Shown here piece after piece: positions 1 to 12,651 of a DNA stretch of 64,000 nt. The stretch's first letter is position 1, and each line of letters opens with the position of its first letter. Origin of the DNA: Flectonema sp. DT1601. Its lineage: Eukaryota. The notes beneath the pieces are model-generated. The model was not told the origin of the DNA, searched no databases, and saw nothing but the letters and a program-made list of their open reading frames with translations. The translations under genes and the position numbers were made by a program. The stretch spans positions 1,054,001 through 1,118,000 of the forward strand of contig OZ025781.1 in assembly GCA_964019425.1 (NCBI GenBank). The letters are read 5' to 3'.

Positions 1-423
1 AAATAAAATAGATAAGCTGTTTGATACTCCACGAGCAGCTCTTGATCGGAAAGTTCGATGTCGTTTCGGTGCTCGAATATCCTGCATTAGACCTTGCCAA
101 CGATGGTCTTTGTTGATAGGAGAGAGTAACGAACTTCCATAAATACCGTACTCGACAGTTCTACGAGCGAGTTCTGCTTTAGGTAATTGGTCTCTCAAAG
201 TCTTTCTTCGAGAGCTTCGTTCCGGAACGAAGACTTCCCTCATGTGCTTTTGATACATGTCATACTTTTCAGTAATATGCGCATGTGCTGTTTCTGGATT
301 TACAGTAAGTGGTGGTTTCGTAGTTGGAATCGCTTCGGTTATCTCTTTTGAACTTTCATTGCAGTACCTTCTCTGCGTTCGAATACCCACCGCGGTGATT
401 CGTGAGATGACCCCGCTTCTCAT
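1..423 (-). CDS. Hypothetical protein, N-terminal part (runs off the window start); probable mitochondrial presequence
   Basis: Manual translation from ATG at 423 gives MRSGVISRITAVGIRTQRRYCNESSKEITEAIPTT..., open to base 1. The N-terminus is Arg/Ser-rich and acid-free with an RRYC motif, and a CAG acceptor lies about 10 nt upstream. Absent from the ORF track because there is no stop in the window. Confidence 0.7.
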   Translation of the reverse strand, partial: MRSGVISRITAVGIRTQRRYCNESSKEITEAIPTTKPPLTVNPETAHAHITEKYDMYQKHMREVFVPERSSRRKTLRDQLPKAELARRTVEYGIYGSSLLSPINKDHRWQGLMQDIRAPKRHRTFRSRAARGVSNSLSILF

Positions 424-609
424 ATTTTGAAACCTGCTTTAGGAATTTAAAACTTAAATTATTAAACAAGACCTAAATCGTAAAAATTATTTTTTGCCCT
501 GAACTGAAAATCAAGCATCAATCTAACAAGTAGCCAAAGTCTGACTAAATAGAGGCCACGTTTTAGTTGACAAGAGATCATAAAATAACAAATCAGGCTC
601 AAGAGAGAT

Positions 610-952
610 AAGAAGAATATCAGCAAAAACAGCAGCTGTAAAGTCCGAATGATTGCTTTTAAAGAGGAACGATTTTTTTTTTTTTTTTCTTTCTTCAAAA
701 CACAACTAAAATAATAAACGAGAGTCCCATTGCGAGATCCTCATCAACGTGACTGGCGGGTTTTTTCTTTTTTTTTTCCCGAACGAACGTTAACAGTAAG
801 TTTTATCACGTTTAAAATCTTAAGAACGAATAATGAAAATGAAAACATCATCAGCAGCGATAAGGACAAGAAGAATATCAGCAAACAGTAGCTGTAAAGA
901 CTGCTATTTGTGATGAGGACACGGTCTCTTTTTTCTAAACACAACTAAAATT
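610..952. repeat. Diverged ~90-100 bp direct repeat, two copies (~610-712 and ~868-952)
   Basis: Both copies share AAGAAGAATATCAGCAAA..CAGYAGCTGTAAAG, GAGGA, a T-run and AAACACAACTAAAAT in the same order. Confidence 0.75.
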
Positions 953-1085
953 AAGAAAGTAGCTACCCATACTTCCTGATAACAAGAGTACGAACAACAC
1001 CATTCACACAGTACGCAGACTACTTATTCTTAAAACAGATTAGAGAGCTCCCGAATGCCAATTTTCTTGGCACAACAGATAGTCT

Positions 1086-3403
1086 TCACGAAGGCGCATC
1101 TAAGTTAGAAAGTATTTTCTGACAAGTACTTCCCATTGACGGATGATGTCGGGATGCAAATTCAACAAACGCGATTCCCTTGTTATGTCGAATAAGACGA
1201 GCAGCAGAGAAGTGAGATGACAAGTTAGCTAACGCAGTGAGCCCAGGAGATACAATTACTGAAGATACCTTCAATTCCCACAAAGCATCAATAATGTATT
1301 GCACGGCGTTGTAATCACTGCAAAGTTGTTTATTGACTTCAGACTCCGATAGAACTGATAACAATATTAAGAGCTGCTTGTGAAGTTCAAAACAGGGTCG
1401 TTTGTTTTCCGAATTCGTCAGATTTTGTTTCCCAACCAAAACAATAACAGGGATACAGCTTCCTAACTTGTCAACGTTGCAAACTGCAGCGAGGCTGTTT
1501 TTTTTTTTTTTTTCTTCTTCTTCTTTTGATAACTCTACCACGAAAACTCAATAACAAAGTAACAGAAAGAGAGAGACATACCTGACTAAAACTTTTGTAG
1601 TATCAGTGATGGTTGGAAACAGTCGGAGAGAACGTGCGATACCCTCGAGAAATTTGAGCTCCAGAAGCTCACACATTGCTGAAGGGATGACAGATATTTG
1701 GAGTATCAACTCCATTACTTTTATATGAACAGATTGTTGTGTATTACGACGAAGAACTTCTTTAATAGAGGAATACCCTCCATAATCTGATATTATTGAT
1801 GGGTCAGGTGTGAGGAGGAGTGCGAGTGCTGCAAGACAGGTTTCCGCTACTTCTGATGAGGATGGATAATATCGAAGAGCAGCGAATAGACTTGTGACAC
1901 ATCCAACAGCTATCAAGTCAGGTACTCTACTCTCGTCTTTTGCAAGTTCCCAAATTAACTTTGAGCTGGTTGTAAATACAAATTCTGTTACGCTATCTGT
2001 TGACATCGCGTCGACTGCTGCTTGTGCACCTCCTTCTCGAAACACAAAATTGCTGTTTGTCTTAGCAAGCTCACCAAGTAGAATAGAAAGCTGTCCATAC
2101 AAAGTAACATTACATTGAAAGAATAGCATCGCCTCGCACATTGTTCGGACTTCTCCTTTTTTAACACCTCGTTGTTGAGCACATCCTCTATACGCACCCA
2201 GCACTGATGAAACTCCTTGTATTACTACTGAGCTTATTGTTGGATTCCTGTTTTTTAGGTATTTACAAAATAACTTTTTCCACACATCTTAAACAACTAA
2301 CAGACACAAAGACATACATTGGATGATTCTTCTTCGCCTCAGTCAATGCGGAAACAATAGCACTCCAATTAAAATGTTCGTGAATATCGATGTCAGTTGT
2401 ACTGGTAAGCTGTGTTAATAATAGATTATGATTGCATTTCTTTTGTATATCCCTCCCATTATAAGATGCCGTGACATACCTGAGTTAGAACTCTACAACC
2501 ATCCTGTTGCAGTGAAAGGTTTCCCGTGTTTGATGACATCACACGGAGAACAATGTCAATTCCGTTTTGTTCTGTGAAGATGACTTTGCTTCGATAATCC
2601 GTAGTGAGAGTTGACAGTAATCTAATCCCCTCAACAAGTATCTCATTTATGTATGCAAACGCGGTGAGTATTCTAAAGAGAAGTGAGAATATCGCCTCAT
2701 CAATAAAAATCATTTGAATCTGAGAGTTTCCTTGACAAAGAGACGCAAACACCTTCAACGCACAAGTGATAATTTCGACTCTAAGCTCAGATCCTCTAGG
2801 AGTATTATGCGTAGTAGCACTACCCGTGTATGATTTACAAGACGTGTTTGTATTGTCACGTTCAGACGGAGTCAAGCTAGTTTGATCAGGTGGTATACTA
2901 ACTTCACGTTGAACAGGATCGTCATCAGTTCCGACTAAGTTACCAATTGAGTTTAAAAGTTGTGAAATGATATCAAGACGGCCTAGTTCTGTTTGATACT
3001 CAAAGGCTATCATTGATAAATATCGAAACGATTGACTCTGAACAGACAAATCATTAGCAAATGATGTTATGATAGCAACAAGTGTTAAAGGCGGAGTGTT
3101 CTCTCCGATATCAATTTCTAACGTATCGATGTCTAACTCGCTTCGAATACTTCCAGGGAGTGACGGAAGTGATTGAGCAACGACTTCTTCAAGTCGTTGT
3201 TTTTCTTCATTATCTTTTTCAGCCTCATCGATGTTATCAGTCGAGACTAAACCTTTGTCATTATTAACAATCAAATCCGGTTCGTCTCCACCAATAGTAA
3301 CCTTCGTAAAAGCTGCCGGTAAATGAGTTATTACTACCCGATGATCAGCTACTGAGGTCGGATAGTCTTCTCTTTCTCTGTCCTTCCCATTCACACAGCC
3401 CAT
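1086..3403 (-). CDS. Armadillo/HEAT-like repeat protein with N-terminal MGC acylation motif; exons 3403-2480, 2409-2318, 2247-1582, 1494-1086 (~696 aa)
   Basis: Three GTATG...CAG introns join three track ORFs plus a 92-nt exon in phase. ARM-like segments include NGIDIVLRVMSSNTGNLSLQQDGCRVL and GCVTSLFAALRYYPSSSEVAETCLAAL. Confidence 0.8.
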
Positions 3404-3652
3404 GTTTCTTAATACTCATCAATGAGTGAATTGGGGGGACTGATAAAAAGTAGACTTCAATATCGTTGATCACTGTTAGTTCATTAAATGCTGCTGATGA
3501 AAAAAAAAATTATATAATTTAAAAATTATTAATTTACGTAAGAAAGAGACAATAGGCATCCTTTCCTGCAAGGACGACTTTTCTACTCCGCACAGCAGTA
3601 AATAAATGAAAAAAGATTTTTCGTGTTGAATTTGTTGTAGAATTTCTGAATA

Positions 3653-3683
<31 letters not shown>

Positions 3684-6215
3684 CAGAGAGGATTATTGTT
3701 AATAGAACGATGACCTTCTTCACAACTAAAGATAGAAAAGGTTTAAAGCAATGTCATAGTCGGCAGCAATCAACCAATCAAAAGTTGTTGCGCACAACCA
3801 GCTGCTTCTATTTTTTTTAACCAAAGCTAAGATTGGCAGCAACAGAATAATCGCGCGGCAAATTCTTAACTCGTCGAAAAAAAAAGGTCTCCTTTCCTTC
3901 GCCTCTTTAGCGTGCGCAATAGTACAACGCAGAGGGAAATACATTCATAATATATAAAAAACAGATATATACCAAGGCAAACAACAATTTTATCACCGAC
4001 AGTTGGTTGATAATTGACTAATAAGTTTTTTCATCATAAAAAAAAAACAAAACTCAATTCTTAGTAGGAGATATATTAAAATGAAAAATAATTTCCTCAG
4101 CTGACAGAAGCCGGGGAAAAAACAATTATTTTATTTTGTTTGTAAAAATAATTGAACTAATAAATTAAGTTGCACTCTAAGATAGACGTTATAACTACCT
4201 GCTTATATGACTGCAAGCAATTTAATAAACACATTGTCTCTAATTCGACCTCTTTTTTTTTTTTTTTTTTTTTTTTTCATTTTCTCTAGGAATTTACGTT
4301 AATCCTACAAGCGCCCTACACGCCCTCCAAATTGTAGGGCACTTCCATCTATGTTATTTATTTATTTATTTTTTTTTTTTCCCCCTGCTGCAAAAGTTGA
4401 AGGTGGATATTTCTCGGAAGCCAGGAGGAAAAAAAAAAAAAACGAATAGCCGTTTTAGAAACTAAGTAATCTTTTTCTCCCTAGTAAGGAAGTCGATTAG
4501 GAATCAAAAAAAATAAAAAAAAAAAGAAGAAGAAGAAGAAAAATAAATCCAATCCTACACACAACAAGCAGCAAGAACCCACTTGAGCTAACCAGAGCTA
4601 ACAACACATAGAATAGATTAGATTAAGAAAACAAGTAGGCTAGGAGATAACAAAGCTGTTCTCGAATTCCAGTGGCAGATGCGCTACGATTTTAGAATTG
4701 TTGTAGCCTTTTAGCTATGCAGCCAATACGTGGAAAATAGAACATTTGACATTTGCTTCAAAAAAAAAAAAAAAAATTATTTTAAATTAAAAAAAGAAAA
4801 TGGAACAGCAGTTCCTGTCACAAGATCAGTCTTCTAAAGCAAAGAGAAGATGAATGAAGTTAAAAAAGGTTAGTAAGGAAGAGAAGAGGAGGACCAGCAG
4901 TTGACCAGAAACAGATCTGTCACCTGAATCTTTGTCATAGCTTCAAACAGGGTCAGGACAATTAGTAGAACAAATTAATTTTTAATAAAAAAAAATAAAA
5001 AAAAAATAGTAAATCTCGAAATGCCCCGATCATGTCAGCTGACCAACAATCATTACTAGCCAGCAGTATATAGGATTTGTATTTCCCGAGTTTTTTTTTT
5101 TTTTTTTGTTTTTTTCTTTGGGAAAAAATATAAATATAGACTGGGCTATCCACAAGGTTAGCCACAACCACCGAAAACGACGATGTCACTTGACGCAAAA
5201 GACTAAGCGGAAAGTTATCTGCTCTCTGCATGAAGCGACTTGTCTCGTCGGTTATTGCAGGTGTGTCTAAATTCTGATTTTTCATTGGTGTTTTGGTGCG
5301 ACATGCCAATGAGTTTAGATTTTCACACTTTGATAATATTCCTCACAAACACATTCAGTTATAATCATCGTTGTGGCAATGCAAACATTTCCCTTAACAA
5401 TTCAATGCACAAGTTAATTTTTTTTTTTTTTTTTTTCGCGCAAAAAAAGTAAAAAATTTAAAAAAATTTCCAAACTCAACTGGAAATGCAACAAAAAAAA
5501 ACAAAGAAACAAAAAATAAAAAAAATAAAACCTATAGTTGGTTTCAGAAAGCCGTTCGAGTAATGTACACTATGCAACTACAGTTTTTAACTGGTCAGGT
5601 CTACTATGATGCGCGCATCGTTTACTTTATTTCGTTATTCATCAGTAGTGAGCCATCACAGTATACTAAGCTTTCTTTATGTAGCTCAGAGTGTAAAGCT
5701 TCAAGTGTTTTTTTCTCGTTTTCATTTTTTTTTTCTTTTTTTTTAAATTTATTGAGGAGAGAACAGAATTAGAACGCAACAAAAGAAGATAATAAAGTTT
5801 TTTTTTTCTCTGGAAACAGAGGTTTATTATAGAAAAAAAAAGGAATTATGGGAAGAAAAAAAAAATTCCAAGACGTATCCCATTCTTTACGCCACTACCC
5901 ACCTTTTGAGTTCAGAATAGCAAAAATAACATGCTTTCAAAACACGTAAGAAACATGAAGCAAGAGCAATACTATTATTAACAAACAAAAGGTCATTCTT
6001 ATGATCTGCTTACACAACAGAAACAGTAAGAGGGGCTGCAAGAATAGACTAGTCTGCACTCTAGTAGGCAAGAACTGACCACATAAGAGAACGCACTAAA
6101 AATGCTAAATAAGAGAACGAAGAAGAGAGGAAGACGAACATCTCTCACACTATTACTTTGTAGTACTAGAGGAGAGTAATTCAAAAAGCTGAATAGTTGA
6201 GACAAGGTGAGGATG

Positions 6216-7430
6216 TTAAAGGGCTGTGTGGATCCCTTCAGCAGCAGCGACCTTAACAACCCGCCAAGTATCAACAGCTGGATTATGAGCCAGAATAGTT
6301 ACGGAACAATTAGGAATAGCAGACGAGTACCCGACTACTGATGTAAGTAGCGACGATATAACTCCTCCGTGTGTGAACACAGCGATATTGCTTCCGAGGA
6401 TAGTCGAGTCACTGAGAGCAGATAACGCTCTCGACGTGACATCAGCATGGGATTCACCTCCAGGCCATGGAGTATTGTAATTCATTGTTTTTCTGAAGGT
6501 ATTAATTTGAGGATCAGATGCATATTTTCCAGAATACGTTCCGAGATCAGTTTCCATAAGTCGTTCGTCTTCAAGTTGTACGTCAGTATGTATTGAGTTA
6601 CCAAGAGCAATGCTTGCAGTATCAGTTGCTCTTCTTAATGGTGATGATACTATAGCATCGTAGAGTGACGGTTGTAATACTTTTCGAAGATGACTCGCTT
6701 GTAACTTTCCATTATCACTGAGAGTGGTATCACGTTGACCTTGTAAACGGTGAATAGAATTCCAATTAGTCTCACCGTGTCTTATTAAGTGAAAAAATAC
6801 TTCTTCTCCATCATCGACTATCTCTTCACCCCCCCGTTTCTTTGTCGCTGAGAGGACAGCTGAAGTCGGAGCCCAGAGAGTTCTTCCATTTCCGAATCTT
6901 ATTTTAATTGTCAGAGTGCTGTCATCTATTTCTTCTACTTCACCACGCTTTCCAACATACTTCACAGCAGCTTTAATCCAAGTTAAGGATTCACATTCAT
7001 AATAAGCAGTCTCTACTTGCTTTAGATCTTGAATAATACTTACCCAGTCTCCTATAGTGTAATGTTCTTTTGGAATACCGATTTCAGTCTGTTTTCGTTT
7101 TCGTAATAAAGTATATAAATTACTACAACTAGACGTTGAAGATTTATATGAATCAGTTCCACTGATGGTACGAGGGAAAACTGTTTCGCTTTGTGTTGAT
7201 GAAGTGCAAGCTGATAATGTACTTATGTGTCGCAGTAAGAGAGTTGGTGAACCGGTTGAATCTGAAGACTGCTGCTCCTGTAATTTTTCAATAACTGGAG
7301 TGCATTCACTTTCAGCATCTTCGTACATATTCCATTGTAGTGATGTCATTCTACTAAAGTTCACTCGATCATAATCAAATCCTTTCATGTATTTACCTTT
7401 TGAACACCTTCGTTTCATTTTATTATGCAT
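6216..7430 (-). CDS. Histidine phosphatase (phosphoglycerate mutase family) preceded by a Mind-bomb-type SH3-like repeat
   Basis: Motifs LIRHGETNWN, SSPLRRATDTA, PGGES and VFTHGGVI are present. The upstream segment YTIGDWVSIIQD...W..AAVKYVGKRGEVEEID...LWAPTSAV resembles a Mib SH3 repeat. Exact start is uncertain. Confidence 0.88.
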   Translation of the reverse strand: MHNKMKRRCSKGKYMKGFDYDRVNFSRMTSLQWNMYEDAESECTPVIEKLQEQQSSDSTGSPTLLLRHISTLSACTSSTQSETVFPRTISGTDSYKSSTSSCSNLYTLLRKRKQTEIGIPKEHYTIGDWVSIIQDLKQVETAYYECESLTWIKAAVKYVGKRGEVEEIDDSTLTIKIRFGNGRTLWAPTSAVLSATKKRGGEEIVDDGEEVFFHLIRHGETNWNSIHRLQGQRDTTLSDNGKLQASHLRKVLQPSLYDAIVSSPLRRATDTASIALGNSIHTDVQLEDERLMETDLGTYSGKYASDPQINTFRKTMNYNTPWPGGESHADVTSRALSALSDSTILGSNIAVFTHGGVISSLLTSVVGYSSAIPNCSVTILAHNPAVDTWRVVKVAAAEGIHTAL

Positions 7431-9050
7431 TTACGTATCGGATAGCCTTGGTTTGGTTTTTTTATTTATTATTTGAACACAAACGTATTAATAAACTGTG
7501 ATGAGAGAGAAGATAAACCGTCTAAGTTAACTTTACACTAAGTCATATCGCTACTGCAAGACATTGAACTGCGTGTCTAAGGGGAGTAACTTGATACTGT
7601 GATTAAATATAAAGCAACTTGAAACTGGCTAAAACGAATATAGGGGTTCGGCCAAACCCCTGGTTGCAATGAAAAGAGACCAACAGTTGGTTTCGATAAA
7701 ATTCCCACATGTGCTGCTAAGGGGAGGAACGAAATCATTTTATTTTGAAAAACCCAATTCCGAACTACTACGAGGCATTAAAAAAAAAAAAAAAAAAAAG
7801 CTAAGGCAACGTTGTACGCGCTATTTGATGTAGAGAGAGAAAAGGAATAACCCGTCGCTATTGCCTACAGCAACGTGTTGTGTCTGCCATCTCTGTACGA
7901 CACCACAAACAGGTATTCTCATCTCTTCGAATTTAAAAAAAGAGGGAGAAAATGTGTATTTCTATTGGTGCTGAAAAGCAACTATAAATTTTTTTTTTGC
8001 ATGTTACTTTATGTGTGGATTATCAGACAATGTAACTTGCGAAGGTGAGGAAGGGACGGGTTAGGACCACCAACGAGAACACGAGAACACCTCCAATCTC
8101 GGACTATTTTATTAGTTTCGGCACAGGCCACCTTGTCCGGTATATATTTGAGTGTGTGTGTAAATAAATAATTAAAAAAAAATATCTTATTGACCAGCCC
8201 AACATTAAAGGGTCGAGTTCAAAACAAATAAAAAAGTAAGAAATACAACACACTAATAAAAGAAGAGGAAGGAGTTTTTTTTTTCACAGGGTGTTCGTGA
8301 GCGCGGAAACACGCGCAGGACGATCTTTAATTCGCTTTTCAACCCTCCAATTAACAATGACGTACCACAGTTTCTTTAAGTAGTCAATCACATCTCATTA
8401 AAGTGTCAACAGTCAGTAGGAGGACTCTAAAACGATAAATTATTTTCTGCTACGTTTCGAAAGAAAAAATTCAAAAAAAGGCAAATGTAAAGCAATAAAA
8501 AAAATTAAATAAAAATAAAAATAAAACGGCAAACGCTGGAAACCCTACTCCACTGACAAGCGGGTGTGGTTGTTGCATGTTAGGAAAACGTTATCCGAAT
8601 TTCCTACATACATAAAAAGTACATTAAAATAACATGAGTCTCGGCAAAGAAGCTCATCGGCACAATTAACATTTTAGTTTTTGGAGAAGGTAATATTTGC
8701 ATCAGCAATGGGCTAAATAGCAAAAAAAAAAAGGACGAAAAACACGAATTAATGCAAGTAAGTGGGAAGGAGCGAAACGATTCTATGACGAAAGTACACA
8801 TTATTAGCATTAATAAAAAAGATGAAGACTCAGATCGATGTGATGTTTAATTATCAAAAAGATTCTAATGCGGGTTGGGAGGGAGTGAACCGACTTCTTT
8901 CCTTCTCAGAAAGGAAAGAGAGTCTCATTATGGTTTCTTTTGGAGGCTATCAGTAGAATTAAAAGATTCTGTCAACTACTGAAAAGAATATTAATAAGAT
9001 TGTGTAAACAAGCGATTAATCGTGAGTAAATATTTTTACACAAACAGGCT

Positions 9051-9476
9051 TTACGACCTGACCGCAGTAACTTTATTGATCGCACCATAACGTACCTTCT
9101 CATCGAGATATTCTTTCATCCAGTCTTTTTTTCGGTTTGCGGTCTTGTTGAGTTCTTTCGCTTCATCAGCTAGATATTGTTTTATTTCATTGCTTCCTTT
9201 GTCTTCTATGTCAGATTTTGAAGTATAAGATTTGTCGAATGCCGGATTATAGAATCCGAGGAAACGACTCAAATTAGTCCCAACCACAGCACTGTATTGC
9301 TGCTGTTCTACTTTGGATGATACACTTCTCCCAGATGAGGCAGAGCTATTACTATTTATACTGCATTCTCTGCTTCCCATATTAGAACTACATCCGCGAC
9401 TGCTGCTCGAGGCAATTGCTGCGCAACTCCTGTCTGATCCACCTCTCTTTGAGTCACTTGTTTCATTCGGCGGCAT
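9051..9476 (-). CDS. Hypothetical Ser-rich protein (start uncertain)
   Basis: 141-aa ORF on the cluster strand with protein-like composition and no homopolymer runs. No recognisable domain. Confidence 0.45.
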   Translation of the reverse strand: MPPNETSDSKRGGSDRSCAAIASSSSRGCSSNMGSRECSINSNSSASSGRSVSSKVEQQQYSAVVGTNLSRFLGFYNPAFDKSYTSKSDIEDKGSNEIKQYLADEAKELNKTANRKKDWMKEYLDEKVRYGAINKVTAVRS

Positions 9477-10064
9477 TACTTGGATAGCGATGATGTAATG
9501 TAATCTGGTCTGGATGTTTGTGAAAACATTATTAACATAACTGAAAAATGATAATTAAAATGTTGTTTTTTTTTTTTTTTTTTTTTGCACATTCATTTTC
9601 TGATTTTCTGTTGAAAATAATACATTAAAGAATACAACACTTTCGCGGCTTTAATTTTTTTTTTTTTTTTTTTTCAAATCTTGACTATTAATAACAAGTT
9701 TAGACAAGAGAGAGGGAGCGAGTACTCAAAAAAATAAAAATAACTTGGGGATGGGGCGGATCTGAGGAACCAACAAAGTGGGTGAGTGTGTGGGGGATAC
9801 AAACAACGCGCTAGTGTTCATATATAAAACGTCACTAACAAGTAGGGATATTAATTTCCCTGTGGTTGTGTACTTCTCATGAATTTCATGGACCTTTTAA
9901 TTACCTTTACGGTTGGGAGTTTTTTTTGTATAATCTTTTTTTTTTTTATCTTTTTTTTTTTTTTTTTTGGTTTTCCCTTCCCTAAGGAAAAGGAAAAAAA
10001 AATAAATTTGGTACAAACAAATAATTCAGGCAACAATAAAGATGCCGACTACTTCTCACCTTCT

Positions 10065-10397
10065 CTAGTAGAGAACTCTTCTTGGGCTTCCAGCAATAGC
10101 ATCGTAGTAGTAGGTAGACGTGTAAAGTGGACTAGTGTAGTACGAGTCCGCAGCAACACGAGCACGTCTGATGGAAGCCTCAGTATTAAGTCTCGAGATC
10201 GTCAACTCAGTCTCAGCACGGGCACGTCTGATCGACGCGTCAGCAGCAGCGTTAGCTACGGCAACTTCTGCGTTGGCAACACGAGCTCTGTAATCGACAT
10301 CATACACACTGCTCAAATAATCAGATGTGCTGGTGTATGGGTAGATGTAGGTCGATGGAAGAGAGTAGGCGGATGGAAGGTACGAGTAAACGGACAT
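10065..10397 (-). CDS. 110-aa Tyr/Ser-rich protein with central Ala/Arg helical segment, copy 1
   Basis: MSVYSYLPSAY...SPRRVLY. Identity with copy 2 starts at the ATG and ends at the stop. A TTAAT-pyrimidine-CAG acceptor lies at ~10435. Confidence 0.85.
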   Translation of the reverse strand: MSVYSYLPSAYSLPSTYIYPYTSTSDYLSSVYDVDYRARVANAEVAVANAAADASIRRARAETELTISRLNTEASIRRARVAADSYYTSPLYTSTYYYDAIAGSPRRVLY

Positions 10398-10730
10398 TTT
10401 CGTGAAGTTTTTGTTGTGTGTTTGCGAAGAAAAGCTGGAAAGAATTAAAGCTAAACATGTACCACTGTAGTCCAAACCGCTTAAATAGTTCCATCCTTTA
10501 TAAACTTATTCAGGAACATCACAAATACCAAAGGGGTACTTCAGTACTGGAATAGGGAGGTAAACTGGGGTTGGGAGGGATACAAACAATCTCATCGCTC
10601 ATAGAGAACTGCGATGGTTTTTCTGTTTTAACATTGGTTTTTTTTCTTCTTTTTTTTTTTTTTTTTTTAAATTTTTTTTTTTTTTTCTTTTTCAACCACA
10701 TAGTTGTATTAGAATATAAAACCGATCCAC

Positions 10731-11063
10731 CTAATAGAGAACTCTTCTTGGGCTTCCAGCAATAGCATCGTAGTAGTAGGTAGATGTGTAAAGTGGACTA
10801 GTGTAGTACGAGTCCGCAGCAACACGAGCACGTCTGATGGAAGCCTCAGTATTAAGTCTCGAGATCGTCAACTCAGTCTCAGCACGGGCACGTCTGATCG
10901 ACGCGTCAGCAGCAGCGTTAGCTACGGCAACTTCTGCGTTGGCAACACGAGCTCTGTAATCGACATCATACACACTGCTCAAATAATCAGATGTGCTGGT
11001 GTATGGGTAGATGTAGGTCGATGGAAGAGAGTAGGCGGATGGAAGGTACGAGTAAACGGACAT
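10731..11063 (-). CDS. 110-aa Tyr/Ser-rich protein, copy 2 (identical protein)
   Basis: Same protein as 10065-10397. Only synonymous differences were seen. Confidence 0.85.
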   Translation of the reverse strand: MSVYSYLPSAYSLPSTYIYPYTSTSDYLSSVYDVDYRARVANAEVAVANAAADASIRRARAETELTISRLNTEASIRRARVAADSYYTSPLYTSTYYYDAIAGSPRRVLY

Positions 11064-11334
11064 TGTTTTAGAAGTAAGGCGAAAAAAGGCTGAAGTCAGA
11101 AAGAATAATAAAACAACACCCACTATTACTGACTCCTTATGATTACAACAGATCAACTTTACACGAGTTTTTTCACCTGTTAAAGAAAAGGAAATAACTA
11201 GTATTCTTACCGACAACGCTTTCCACCCAAAAATGCTATCGGGCAAAAACTATAACAATATGCCTTAGATGAAGGAAGGGATACCAGTTAGATATTATCG
11301 ATTCAATTGTCACGTAGAGACTGATAAAGGTTTT

Positions 11335-12651
11335 CTAATCTCTCCATGAGATGTGAACTTCATCAGTTCTGAATCTTTGTGTTACGGTAGCGTCGTTTAG
11401 TGGTGTGGTGTAGCCATCTTGAAATTGAAGTAATCCAGTGTAAGCAATCATAGCACCATTATCAATACAGTATCTGTCATCCATTCCACATGGTTGACCT
11501 CCACGATCTGATGCCATGCTGGCTATCATTTCTTGTAAACGGAGGTTACAACCAACACCTCCAACAATTAAAACTTCATTGTTGCCACAGTGTGCCATAG
11601 CACGCTCAGTAGTTTCTACTAACATTGAAAATATGGTTTCTTGTAAACTAAAACACAAGTCTGCTGCAGTCAATCCCTCATACATCATACTCGCGGATGT
11701 TACCGCTGATGATTTTTTTGCGTGTCGTTCTCCGCTTCCGATGTTCGATCCTGCGCCTCCACCCTTTTTAATATCCTCAATATTAGCCTTGGTGATTGTC
11801 TCAGCATGAGTCAGTAAACCAGAGAGAGACATATCCATCCCCTTAACAACATACGGAAGCTCTACGAGTGTAGATCCTTTCTTAGCTAGTTGTTCAATGT
11901 TATAACCAGGAGCAGGATCGTTTGACAGGTCTAATAAGCGAGCGAATCGATCAAGACAGTTTCCAACTGCAATGTCAATTGTCTCGCCAAAAATTCTATA
12001 TCTTTGATTATTATAAGCAATTACCTGAGTATTTCCTCCAGAAACATACAACACAACGGGATCGTCACACTTTGTTACGACTCGACCCATTTCTATGTGA
12101 GCGACGCAGTGATTGACTCCTACTAATGGTTTCTTCCACAATTGTGATATTACTCTCGCTACTATGGCGCAGCTTTGGAGAGGTCCGCCCATTCCAGGTC
12201 CCTTTGTGTAACAAATACAAGAAATGTCTGCTACCTTTAGTTTAGCAACCTTCAATGATTCTTTTACCAATCCAACAATATGCTGTTGATGATGAAGTGC
12301 TGTCTCACGAGGTTGAAAACCAGTTCCTGGTGGAGTCACATACGTCTTTCGTACATTTGCGAGGATATCACCACTGGCAGTAACGATACCAACTCCTACC
12401 TATATTTTTTTTGCATTTAACAAGTATTGTAAGAACGAAAAAAAGAATGTTGGGCAGCACACGTAAACCTCCTTTAGCTTTGTCAGTTAAAGTCGGTTCA
12501 CGGTTTCGTGACACAAACAAAAAAATCATTTTCTGTATAGTTTAAGATAAAGCCAATTCTTTTTTTTTTTTTTTTTTTTCGATTTCAAACTTAGAGAGTT
12601 TTAGCGAAAACATACCTTATTTGCACTTCCTTCTATCCCTAAGGCGATCAT
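11335..12651 (-). CDS. KAE1: tRNA N6-threonylcarbamoyladenosine (t6A) synthase Kae1/OSGEP; exons 12651-12616, 12399-11335 (~366 aa)
   Basis: Exon 1 [12 protein letters not shown] splices via GTATG..TAG to VGVGIV. Motifs [33 protein letters not shown] and CIDNGAMIA are present. Confidence 0.97.
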
